A stretch of 64,000 bases of DNA from Candidatus Marinacidobacterales bacterium (GTDB lineage Bacteria; Acidobacteriota; Vicinamibacteria; Marinacidobacterales; SMYC01). The notes below the pieces were generated by a model. It worked only from the letters and a program-made list of their open reading frames with translations, did no database searches and had not been told where the DNA came from. Made by a program: the position numbers and the translations under genes. The stretch covers positions 6,176,001 to 6,240,000 of the forward strand of contig OZ250169.1 in NCBI GenBank assembly GCA_965237955.1, in the 5' to 3' direction. The number at the start of each line of letters is the position of its first letter. Positions within the stretch are counted from its first letter, which is position 1. Positions 28,361 through 38,523 of the stretch are shown piece by piece.

Positions 28361-29382
28361 ATGATGGTACAAGGCACAATGGGCGTTGCATCGAAGATCG
28401 TCACGACTCCGCTTCTTGTTGCGCTGCTCATGCTCGGCGGTCCCGGGTTAGGGCTCGGAGCAACGACCGCGAACGAGGGCGAAGGGGCGAGCGCTGCGCT
28501 TTCGGTAGTGAGCGATCCTGTCGGCGCGGCAGTTTATATCGACGGTGTTAGCCGCGGTGTTACTCCATTGGAGATCGACGCACTCGATGTGGGGGAGCAT
28601 CGTGTCACGCTCCTCAAAGACAATTACCTCGAGAACAGCCGGATCGTCACCTTGAAGCCTGGGCAGAAGGAATCCGTGAGCGTCGAGCTCACGGATTCCA
28701 CCGGAGCGCGTTATTCCTCCATGCAGATAGGTGCCTCGTCGTCGAGTGGCGGTGGCAGCAAGCTTCCGCTAATTCTCGGTATCGCAGGTGGAGGCGCTGC
28801 GGCCGCGTTCTTCCTGTTGCGACCCACCAACGATCCGCCGGTTGCGGGCAGTATCACGGTGAGCCCGAACATACGGGGCATCGCTGGTGTCACTAGCTTC
28901 AGCTTTACCTCGGGGGCGAGCGATCCGGACGACGACCCATTGACGTTCACCTTGGATTTTGGAGACGGCGGGAGCGGATCGGGGCAGACCACGTCCCGTG
29001 TTTACCAAAGCGCCGGCAACTTCTCGGTGACGGTTACCGTCAGCGACGGCAAGGAGAGGCGACAGCGTCGTCGTCGGTCAATGTCGGGGATATCACCGGT
29101 AATTGGCGCGGCTCCCAGAACTTCAGCGGGGGGCAGGCCCTTCCTTTCACCATGCGCCTGACGCAGTCGGGCAGAAACGTGAGCGGGACGTTCAACGACG
29201 AGTTAGGCTCTGGACCCGTCAGTGGTACGCTCAGTGAGCCTAGACGAGTGCAGTTCACGGTGCGACAGGCGAACTTTCAACCGTTCACCATGTCGGGGAC
29301 GGTGAATAACGACCTGAATCGGATTACCGGCAATACGACGGGCAGCGGATTCACGGGCCAGTCCTTCTCCATGACACGCTGA
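28361..29382 (+). CDS. Secreted PEGA + PKD domain protein, frameshift near 29060
   Basis: GAGGAG RBS; SDPVGAAVYIDG..RGVTP (PEGA); ASDPDDDPLTFTLDFGDG...VTVTVSDG (PKD). Confidence 0.8.
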
Positions 29383-29506
29383 GCTGATCCGTCTCGGAAG
29401 GTCGGGCTAACGAAGGCGCTGCGGCACGGATCGTGAGAGACACGCGGGGTCGGTAGGACGTACCCCGGGTCCCGTTCACGCAAACATTGAAGTCGTGGTC
29501 AGGTCC

Positions 29507-30622
29507 CTAGTGGTGCATTCCCTCGTATACTCGCTCGGCACTCTTGGTCAGTGAGACCGGCAAGGTGACGACCGACCCACAGGTAATGCTCGGTTCGCGT
29601 TGCCACGTCGTGTAGCCTTCCAAGCGTACCTCGACTCGACGCATCCCCTCATTGACGGTCAGCTTTGCCGGCGTGCTTCCCATGAGCACGCCATCCACCC
29701 AGACTTCGGCACCAGACGGCTCGGAGCGAACGTAGACCGTACCCGTGCAAGGGGGAGGCGGCGGCGGTGGCGGACCGTTGATCGTTGCCACGGCCTGGGT
29801 GAGGCTCGACTCGAAATCATCGAGGGCGCGTACCACCGAAAATATGTCCGTGGAGTGTGGCCGCGCGACGTAGAAGCCGAAATCGACGGGTTGGCAGCTG
29901 GCAAAGACTTGAGTCCCTTCTTCCCGGGATTCGATCTCGACAGAGCGCCAGCCTTTCCGATCGACGATTCGATACTCCGCGATTTGCGAGCGGCTGATGA
30001 GCCAGCCGTCGTTTTCCATCTCGGGCGGCCACAGCACGCTGTACGAGATTTGATCTCGGTAAACGTTGAGCCAACCATACGAGTAAGTGCCTTCCTTCTC
30101 CCCGCGTACGACCAAGTATAGGATGGCCTCTTCGTTTTCGTCCAATCGGGGCTCAGGTATGGACTCCGTTCCGTCCATGAGCCAGCGCTGGAGCGACTGA
30201 ACGGTCTCCTCGAAATTCTCGAACGCCGCCGCAACCACGAATACCTTCGGGCTCGCGGTGTCTACTCGGTCGTTCGAAGCGAGGTGGTAAAAGCGTGTCT
30301 CTTTCCAGTTTGCCAGCCGTAGCTCGAGATATCGCAAGTCGTTTTGCTCGCCTGGACGTGCGTGCTCGATAGATGTCACCGGGGCTTCGAACGAATGATC
30401 CTTCTTGTCCGAATCTTCCGAAAACCAGATTCGGGAGGGCGAAATGCGCATGGTTCCGTAACCGTACCGATTCTTTCCTTCATGGTGCGCCACGGCGACC
30501 CTGATGACCCGCTCACCGGAAGCAGTGGTCTCCACGACTTGAGCCCGGCTCGTCGCGGTAGAACCGATTCCCAAAAACATCACTATCACGCACATTCTTT
30601 TAGCAAACATGGCAGCAGTCAC
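29507..30622 (-). CDS. Secreted protein with two internal repeats and C-terminal PEGA domain
   Basis: Signal peptide; poly-Pro linker; SEPSGAEVWVDG..MGSTP. Confidence 0.8.
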   Translation of the reverse strand: MTAAMFAKRMCVIVMFLGIGSTATSRAQVVETTASGERVIRVAVAHHEGKNRYGYGTMRISPSRIWFSEDSDKKDHSFEAPVTSIEHARPGEQNDLRYLELRLANWKETRFYHLASNDRVDTASPKVFVVAAAFENFEETVQSLQRWLMDGTESIPEPRLDENEEAILYLVVRGEKEGTYSYGWLNVYRDQISYSVLWPPEMENDGWLISRSQIAEYRIVDRKGWRSVEIESREEGTQVFASCQPVDFGFYVARPHSTDIFSVVRALDDFESSLTQAVATINGPPPPPPPPCTGTVYVRSEPSGAEVWVDGVLMGSTPAKLTVNEGMRRVEVRLEGYTTWQREPSITCGSVVTLPVSLTKSAERVYEGMHH

Positions 30623-30638
30623 CTCTTCACACAGGCGC

Positions 30639-31698
30639 TCATCGCGGGTGATCGTTTCTTTCTTCGTCGACGAATTTCGCGAGTCGGGGAGAAACGAGGC
30701 GAGGATCGACCTTTAGGTTCGGATCGAGCTCGAGAGCGCGACTGACGCGAGAACGTGCCTGGTCAATGAGCTCGGCCTTGGACTCTCCACGCAGAATGTA
30801 TTGGGAGTAGTAATAGAGGCCAAGATAGAGATGCGCGTTGGGTCGATCCTCTAGCCCGGAGATCGCATCCTCCAGAATCTCGATCGCAGCTTCGTAATTT
30901 CCGTCGAGTCGCGCCTCGACCGACTGACGGGCCTTTCGAAGCGCAGCCGCTCGCAGTTCTTTTTCTATTAAGGGGAGAAACTCCCTACCGACGCAGGGCT
31001 CGGCGAGTTCGAGGAAAATCTCTGCGGCCCGCCGAATAGAGCGTCCCCTGATCGCCTCCAGGACGTCGAGGAGCCGTTCGGCGGTCTGAAGCGCCAGACG
31101 CGCCGACGAATGGTCGGGGTCGAGCTCGGTGGCCTCGCGGAAACTCGTCATCGCTTCTTCGGGCGCGAGGGGCTCGAACTCGGCGCAGCCGTTCGCGTAG
31201 GCGCTTTCCGCAGCAATCGAGCGCTCTGCTATTTCCACGTGCACTTGCTCAGTGGTGGTCGTCGCGGTCGAGGTCGTTGTCCTCGGCACCGTCGTTGTCG
31301 GTCGTAGCGGAATAGAAGAGGTGGCCCTCGGCGGCATCGGCGCTACCTGCGGGATACCCGCGCATGGTGGTGGTTCGTCGAGTGAGCTGTCGGTCACGGG
31401 CCTCCAGCAAGTCACGACGACCGCCCAGATCTTCAGCAAAAAAAGACGATTCAAATGCTTGCTTTACCGCATCATCTCGGCCAGAGCAGCGGTGAGCCTT
31501 GCCCAGATGGTACAGTGGGTACGTTCCTTGCGTCGGATTCGTGCTGGCTTGCTCGAAAGCTGTGACAGCATCGCCATAGCGTCCGTCGCCGAGCGCCCTT
31601 AGCCCGACCTCATAGTTAGAGACCGTCTGCGCCCCCGTCACCGCCGCGGTCGACGCCACCAGCAACCAGGTGGCCCTAGAACTCCAGCGCCAGGTCAT
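30639..31698 (-). CDS. TPR protein with Thr-rich linker, frameshifted
   Basis: Signal + TPR (YEVGLRAL...YHLGKA) in 31249..31698, then TPRs (AHLYLGLYYY...RALELDP) in 30639..31454. Confidence 0.68.
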
Positions 31699-33687
31699 CT
31701 AGCTCCAATCCGGGCAGCGTCATCTTGAGCTCCAAGCTCTCGTCAGCCCGTACTTGAAACGGAAGAGTGAGCGCCTCAGGAAAATGAGGATTCACGAATT
31801 TGATCTCGTACTCGCCGGGCTGCAACTCCAAGATACAAGGTGTCGTCGTGGAGATGAGTTGCACATTTTGTCCCGTATCCAGGTTCCGGAGATACGCGAT
31901 CTCCGGCCCATGGAGCGATGTCGATGGCGACGGCCACTGAGCCCTCACCGCACGGTAGCAACCATCCTATTGCCGCGGCGACGATCAGGAATCCAACGAC
32001 AACGTATGGCCAGCGACGAGCCTTTACCCTGGCGGGTAGTACGGTCGCGGTAAGCTCGCTCTCTCTAGTTTCTGGCTCGCGTGTGAGCGGACTGACGACG
32101 GTTTGCGTCACGCCCAACGTAGCGGCATCGCCGAGGTACGTCGTCGCGGGGAGGGGATATTCGGTGGTGAGCCCTGGATTCGATAGCGTTACTGCGAGTG
32201 TCTCTTCCTCCAGAACCTCGCGCAGCAGATTCCGCGCCTCTACATCCTCAGCATTTGCGTCCAAAAGAGTCTCGAGAATTTCACGAGCCGAATTCTTGTC
32301 CCCTCGGGCATAAGCCTCCCTAGCGCCGCTCAGCGCTTGTGCACGTTTCTCGACTCTTTCGAGATCCTGCCTCAGTTTCTGGACACCCGTATTTTCGGGA
32401 TCGATGGCAACCGCTGCTTCCAACTCTCTGCGGGCGCCGTCCAACTGGTTCTCTTGGATAGACGTGCGCGCTTGTCGCAGAATCTGGTTGAGTGAGTGCA
32501 TCTTCTGGCGCGCGCGCTCGGCCGAAAGCTCCGCGCGCACGTTTTCGAGCTTTCTGGAATTCGGGGCCAGCTGGACGGCGCGCTCGACGAGCTTGTTGGC
32601 CTGTGCAAAGTCACCTTGCGAAGCCGCCGAGCGGGCTTTCTCTGCGAGCGCGAGAGCGCGCTGCTCCAGAGCGTCTTTTTCGTTTCGCGATCTCCAGATC
32701 GGCGAGAACTTGGTTTGCTTCGCTGTTTCCTTCGTCGAGGACGAGTACCCGGCGAGCGGCCGCTTCCGCCTGCCGATAGTTTTTGTTTGCCAGCACCGCA
32801 CGCGCCAGTGCCAAGTACTTTCCGATGTCGCGCGCGACTTCCTCTTCGAGAGTGGAGATGGCGGCAACCACGAGCTTCTGATAGTGCTCGAGCACGCGAA
32901 TCAACTCCTCTGTGCTTTGATATCGATCCTGCGGATCCTTCTCCAGGCACCTAAAAATAATCCTGCAAAGATCTGCTGGGACTTCTACGCCGAGACTCTC
33001 GAAGGACGGCGTCGGATCCTGCACAATCCTCCTCTGGAGCCGCAAAATCCGTTCGATGGTGAGGCCTTTGCGATCTTCATCTGTAACGAATGGTGAACGG
33101 CTCGAGACCATCTCGTAAAGAACGGCGCCCAGGGACCAGATGTCGGTGCGATGGTCGACCTTGCTTCCGTTGATCTGCTCGGGAGACATATACTGCGGCG
33201 TTCCGATCGAGACGCCCGTCTTCGTGATGGTCGAAGACGCAACGTGAGCGATCCCGAAATCCATGATCTTCACCAAGCCGTCATCGAGAACGCGTACGTT
33301 GCTCGGTTTGATGTCACGATGAACGACACCGCGACCGTGAGCGTAGCCGAGGCCGGCCGCAGCCTGGAGCGCAATGTCGACGCACTGGTCCACTGCCAAG
33401 TTCTTGCCACCACGTCCGCGAAGTAGCTCCGCGAGATCCGTGCCGCCCAAGTTCTCCATGACGATGTAGGGCACACCGTCGACTTCATCGAACTCGTAGA
33501 GGGTGACGATGTTCTTGTGGCTCAGGGCAGCGGTGGCCTCGGCCTCTCTACGGAACCGGCGGCGAAGCTCATCGTCCATGTCCTCGTTCTCTTTCATGAG
33601 CTTGATCGCCACCTCGGCCATCCCACCCGAACCCAGTTCACGGATGACTTGGTATTTGCCGATTCGTCTCATTGACGAGGCGCTCAC
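31676..33687 (-). CDS. Ser/Thr protein kinase with TPR region, TM and PEGA-like tail; frameshifted, with an N-lobe deletion
   Basis: LGSGGMAEV directly followed by AIKLMK, HRDIKPSN, KIMDFGIA, GTPQYMSPEQ; TPRs and TM continue in the next frames. Confidence 0.88.
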
Positions 33688-33843
33688 CGATCCCCCTGTA
33701 GACCGTTTCGTTAGTAAAGAGTAGCATGGTAGACCTACGAGCCGTCAAGATGGTTGAAGTGACGGGAACTCTCCGAAACAGCGAGCGGATCGACGGAGAA
33801 TCTTACCGGCCAGCGCCGGGGCAGGCCGGTTTCCAAGCTGGGG

Positions 33844-34600
33844 TTACTGGTTTGAGGGCTTGGCTTTGCCGGCCGAGAGCTTCGCCGAGGGACCCCCGTC
33901 CGGCGAGTGGGCCGGCGTCGTAGTCATGACCATGGATTCGATGCGACCGTCGCGAAGACGAACGACGCGCTTCGCGTGCGCCGCCACCGCGCGTTCGTGC
34001 GTGACGACGATCAGCGTATGCCCCTGGCGATGGAGCTGGTCGAACAACGCCAGAATTTCCTCGCCCGTTGCCGAGTCGAGATTGCCCGTGGGCTCGTCGG
34101 CCAGAACGATTGAGGGTTCGTTGACGAGCGCGCGGGCGATCGCAACTCGCTGGCGCTGCCCGCCCGACAGCTCGTTGGGCCGGTGTTCGAGTCGATCCCC
34201 GAGATCCACTCTCTCGAGCGCCTGCCTGGCTCGCTCGCGACGGTCTCGGGCGGGCACTCCCCCATAGACGAGTGGGAGCTCGACATTGCGTAGGGCCTGG
34301 GCGCGGGGCAGTAGCTGGAAAGTCTGAAAGACGAAGCCGATCTCGCGATTGCGAACCGTGGCGAGTTCGTCGTCTTCCATGGTGCTCACTTCCCGGCCGT
34401 TCAGTAGATACGAGCCTTTCGTCGGGGTGTCCAGACAACCGATTAGATTCATCAGTGTGGATTTTACAGAGCCCGAAGGCCCCATGATCGCCACGTATTC
34501 GCCACGCTCGATCGGTGATGTCAACCCCTGCGAGGGCAGGGATCGCCACAGATCCCATGAGGTAGCTCTTCCAAAGCCCATGCGCTTCGATCACGCTCAT
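33844..34600 (-). pseudogene. LolD/MacB-type ABC ATP-binding protein, frameshifted, Walker A altered
   Basis: [34 protein letters not shown]; N-terminus [13 protein letters not shown] is in another frame. Confidence 0.88.
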
Positions 34601-34980
34601 CAAAAGTCTACATGGGAGCAGCACCTTAACAGCTTTCGAATCCGATGGCAAAGTGCAAGACGGCGTCCACACGAAACGCCCTGCTTGGACAACAAATTGC
34701 GTTCCATTTTGCTGGAAGATTTCCTTTACAGCAGGGGCTCCTTTGCTCCACGGACATTACCCCGCTCAAAGCTCATATGAGCCCCTCCGACTCCCTCTCG
34801 CCTCCGTCCGATTTCCCGGGGGATGCCGGTTATACGGCGGGGCCGCTCCGCAGATCTCTCCCGTGGGGCGAGGAGGGCCTCTCCAGTTGCTCAGCGCATC
34901 CTTGCCACCGTGCCGTCGCTGCTACCCCGCCGGAGTGTCCCGCCGCTTCAGCTAGTCTGCGACGAGCCATGCTGCCTTCG

Positions 34981-35971
34981 GGAGATGCCCCTGAGATAGT
35001 TGAAAGTTAGGAGTGGCGGCTCCTAAGGGCCGCCGACAAAATAACTGTCTAGTTTTGAGCACACTCTTCCTGTTTCAGGTCGTGATCGCGATGTCGTCTG
35101 GCATCACGAGAGCCTGGCAAGCTCCCTAGAAACGGAACATTTGTAGATCTTCAGCAACCAGCGCGTGTTTGACAAACGGTCCTCATTTTAGGGAGGATTA
35201 CGCCTATCAAGGAGCACTTCTCCTATTATGAGACCTACGAGCTATCAGTCTGAAGATCTCGACCGCCTGTTGAGGAAGCACAAAATAGCTACCCTCGATG
35301 ATTTGAAGGCAGTGTTGGGTACCGATGTGGACTCGACCGTCTTCCGAAAGCTCAATGAGTTGGCGTATCGGACAAGCTACTCCCACCGTGGTAGCTACTA
35401 CACGTTGGACGAGATCGCCCAGTTCGATCGAAAAGGTCTTTGGTCGTTGCGCTCAGTGTGGTTCTCGAAGTACGGGACGTTGCTTGCGACGGTAAAAGCG
35501 TTGGTCGCGGCCTGTGAGGCAGGCTACTACGTCGACGAGCTCGAGGACGTGGTGCAGGTTGACGTCAAGGCTCCTCTGTTGAAACTGGTCCGAGAGAAAA
35601 GATTGGCGCGCGAGCAGGTGTTCGGCCGATATCTGTATCTGGCCACCGATGTGAGCACGCGCAAGCAACAGCTCTCGGCCCGCCAGGTACATGAGGCGTC
35701 ACCTTCCACGTTGGGCTGGGTCGGGGGAGTCCGCGTGCTCCCCGTGGAGTTGAAGGCTGCGATCGTTCTTTTCTACAGCCTGCTCGATGAAAAGCAGCGC
35801 CGTCTCTACGCGGGAGTCGAGGCCATGAAGCTCGGTCACGGTGGCGACCAACAGATTGCCGAACTGCTCGGGATGGATCCGAGCACGGTAGCCAGAGGTC
35901 GTAGGGAATTGCTAATGAGAGATGTTGAGCTCGACGGAGTTCGGCGAAAGGGTGATGGTGGGGGCACCTCC
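34981..35971. mobile_element. 991-bp inserted element with 11-bp terminal inverted repeats and a 9-bp target duplication
   Basis: ggagatgcccc ... ggggcacctcc; ctgccttcg at 34972-34980 and 35972-35980; removing it rejoins the intron. Confidence 0.88.
35228..35953 (+). pseudogene. ISAzo13-like transposase N-terminal/HTH portion, no DDE domain
   Basis: LDEKQRRLYAGVEAMKLGHGG..IAELLGMDPSTVARGRREL..VRRKG; the frame then runs into intron sequence (stop 36094). Confidence 0.7.
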
Positions 35972-36203
35972 CTGCCTTCGCCTCCCATACAAGGGCTCGG
36001 CCTCCGGATTAACTTCTTTCGAGGCTACTTCTGCGTTCACTCACGTTACGGCCCGGTGACTCGCTCACCGTCCCGAAGATGGCTTTGTCGATAGGCTTCA
36101 GTTCATTCGGTTTCCCTCCTTCTGCTATCCAAGCTACCGGGGTCTAGCTTTTGCCCCGGTGGGACTGACTCCCACTGAACGCGCCAGCCTTTGCTGGACG
36201 CAC

Positions 36204-36348
36204 GGATGGGGGAAGTGTACAAGGCGAACGACACCGAATCGATCGAACGGTAGCGCTGAAGGTTTTGCCTTCGGAGCTCTCCGACAATAGCGAGCTCCGG
36301 TTCGAGCAGGAAGCGCGGGCGATCTCCAGATTGAACCACCCACACATC
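36204..36348 (+). pseudogene. Ser/Thr kinase N-terminal remnant
   Basis: Reads GMGEVYKA.DT / DRTVALKVLP...RFEQEARAISRLNHPHI across a frameshift. Confidence 0.8.
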
Positions 36349-36362
36349 ATACCAAGCGGCGC

Positions 36363-36436
36363 TATGGGATCGCTCATGCAGAGCCCGAGCTCGCCACGAA
36401 TGGTAGTTGGGAAAACGCGCTCGAGCGTGCGCCAGC
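36363..36436 (+). repeat. 74-bp diverged copy of internal parA sequence (24903-24976)
   Basis: tatgggatcgctcatgc...gaaaacgcgctc.agcgtgcgc.agc; 5 mismatches in 74 nt by eye. Confidence 0.9.
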
Positions 36437-36445
36437 CAGCCTAAA

Positions 36446-37489
36446 CTAAAGATTCGGTGGGGCGGCTATGTTTAGGACGTCTTTGATCACGCACGCCGCC
36501 GTCGCGAGTGGGCCGCCTTTGCTGCTTCGTGCGCTTATCGTGCCCATGACGTCGGTCTCGAAGACGCAACCTTTCTCGCCCGCGCCGAGCTCGTAGAGGG
36601 GGTCGTCCGGCGTGAGGGCTTCGGGCGCGGTCTTCAGTCGAATCGTGCCATCGGCATCGCGCTCGCCGGTGGCGATGAGGCGGATGCGTTGTCTTCGTGA
36701 CCGCGCGTCGTCGAGCTCTTTCTTGCCGATCGCGGCGACGCCGGTCGTCTCGACGGCATCGAGAGCGAGCGTCCGGTCCCAAATCGCGCGCGCGAGGATA
36801 AGAAGTTTGTAGGCCGCGTCCCAGCCGTTCAAATCGAGACGCGGATCTTCTTCGATCGTGCCTTCGATGCGCGCGCGCTCTATGGAATCGTCGAGCGAGA
36901 TGCCGGCCTCCAAGTCACGCAGGATCTGATTGGTCGTATCGTTGAAGACGCCGCGGAAACGGCTGAGCTTCGTACCGCGCACACCGAGAGTGCCGAGCTC
37001 GAGACTCGGGAGCGGAATGCCGACAGCCGCCGAGGCGCCGAGACGAGCGCCATGCTCACGAGCTAGCTCGGATAGCTCTCCATACCGCGCAACGAGCGGT
37101 CCCTTGCTCGCGAACACAACCGAGAGGCCTCGCTCGAGCGCCGCTCGCGCTGCCGTGAAACCCGGCTCGCCGGTCTCTGCGTTGGTGATACTGCTATCGG
37201 CGAGGATTCCGCCGAGGGCTTCACTGAGCGCGGCCTTCAGCTCGATGCGCTGTCCGCCATCGAGCAAGCTGACACTTCCCTTTTGTCGCTTCGCGTCGAC
37301 GAGCGCCGACATTTCGTGGCCCGTTGCCACGACGCCACCTTTTCGGTCGAAGACGGAATGGAGCGTCAGGCGAACGCCTTCGCGCGCGTAGCCGTCGTTG
37401 TCGGCCAGCAGTTTCACGAGAGACTGGCCGACGTTTCCGAAACCGAGAAGGATGATGGGAACGTCTTTCAAGAGTGCCACCGGGCCCAT
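36446..37489 (-). CDS. hom: Homoserine dehydrogenase
   Basis: LLGFGNVG, VVFASKGP, GVFNDTTNQIL, EEDPRLDLNGWDAAYKLLILA, ATAACVIKD. Confidence 0.88.
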   Translation of the reverse strand: MGPVALLKDVPIILLGFGNVGQSLVKLLADNDGYAREGVRLTLHSVFDRKGGVVATGHEMSALVDAKRQKGSVSLLDGGQRIELKAALSEALGGILADSSITNAETGEPGFTAARAALERGLSVVFASKGPLVARYGELSELAREHGARLGASAAVGIPLPSLELGTLGVRGTKLSRFRGVFNDTTNQILRDLEAGISLDDSIERARIEGTIEEDPRLDLNGWDAAYKLLILARAIWDRTLALDAVETTGVAAIGKKELDDARSRRQRIRLIATGERDADGTIRLKTAPEALTPDDPLYELGAGEKGCVFETDVMGTISARSSKGGPLATAACVIKDVLNIAAPPNL

Positions 37490-37621
37490 TCAAGTAGTGT
37501 TCCATCCACCTTAGGCTGTGGAGGTTGCGGTCGAATCGCGACGCGGCGTGTCGGTTTCCGTCCTCTCACGATGAGCCTCCTTTGGAACGAGCGTGATGCT
37601 ACCAGACTTTGGCGCCAACGT

Positions 37622-38476
37622 TTAACGAACCTCGAACGTCAAGGTACACCAAAAGCTCTCCCATCGAACTTCGGGATCGTCTTCGTCCCCGATCATGTGG
37701 ATTGCGCGCAGATACCACCGGCCGGTCGACAAGATGGTGACGCTCGCGTGTCCCACGTCGTCGGTCGTCGTCAAGATCTCGCCGGCCGCCCCGCCCTCTT
37801 TGCCGCCGGCGACGGTGGCGCCGGCTAGCGGCTTCCCCTCGTAGAGAACCCGCAGGCCGAAGCTTCCCCCCGCCGCTACTTCGTTTGGGTTCTCGTCGGG
37901 GACGATCTCGATCGTGTGCCCAACGGGCTTGGACCAAGCCGGCTCTTCTTCGTCCGCCTCCAGCTCGTCGACATCGATGAGCGCTTTCGCCCACTTTGCA
38001 TAGCGCTCGAGGGCCGGCTCCTCGGACTCGCCCAGCTCCTCGCGGGTCGCGAGGATGGACACGAGTCCGTTATCATCGAGGTAGTCGTTGAACTCTTCCG
38101 CCTTCAGGCGCACCCGACGAGGCCGCGTCGACAGCGCGACGATGTGACTCCCCGCGGTGGTTGGGCTGATCTCGAAGCTGAGCGACTTGCCTTCCACGCG
38201 GAACTCGGAGATAGGTCCGGTCCCCGCCGGTCCGTGGAGCGTGAGCGCTGTGACCCGCTGTTGACCCAGAAGCGACAGACTTTCGGGGAAGTGGTCGCCG
38301 CTATTGATGAAGACCCTCGTGGTCTCGAACGGCACGAGATGGTATTGCCCCGCCATGACCCACAGATCGTGGCCGGCGGCCGAGACCGGGGCGAACAACG
38401 TTAGAAAAACGAAACCCCGCGCCCATCGGACGGGCGCGGGACGGCTCGACATGGAGAAACTTATCCTATGCGGCAC
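37622..38476 (-). CDS. DUF4198 domain protein
   Basis: Signal, HDLWV, GDHFP, RYAKWAKA, IEIVP..NP, LYEGKPL, TTDDVG, WESFWCTLTF. Confidence 0.85.
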   Translation of the reverse strand: MPHRISFSMSSRPAPVRWARGFVFLTLFAPVSAAGHDLWVMAGQYHLVPFETTRVFINSGDHFPESLSLLGQQRVTALTLHGPAGTGPISEFRVEGKSLSFEISPTTAGSHIVALSTRPRRVRLKAEEFNDYLDDNGLVSILATREELGESEEPALERYAKWAKALIDVDELEADEEEPAWSKPVGHTIEIVPDENPNEVAAGGSFGLRVLYEGKPLAGATVAGGKEGGAAGEILTTTDDVGHASVTILSTGRWYLRAIHMIGDEDDPEVRWESFWCTLTFEVR

Positions 38477-38523
38477 CCAACAACACTAGCTTTCTTGCCA
38501 TTCTGCTCTCCTTCGTAATTGTT

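Larger units (their letters stand above)
34715..36203 (-). mobile_element. Truncated group II intron (5' domains only; no RT ORF, no domain V/VI seen), interrupted by an insertion
   Basis: Minus strand starts GTGCGTCCAGCAAAGGCTGGCGCGTTCAGTGGGAG; contains gtaacgtgagtgaacgcagaagtagcctcgaaa, gaaggcagcatgg, caactggagaggccc, gagtcggagggg, gtaatgtccgtggagcaaagg, typical of domains I-III; 3' boundary approximate. Confidence 0.85.

Noticed and set aside
34715-36203. Functional ORF-less intron, retron or diversity-generating retroelement
   Set aside because: No domain V/VI and no reverse transcriptase seen; the parA/hom duplicates do not show adenine-specific differences.
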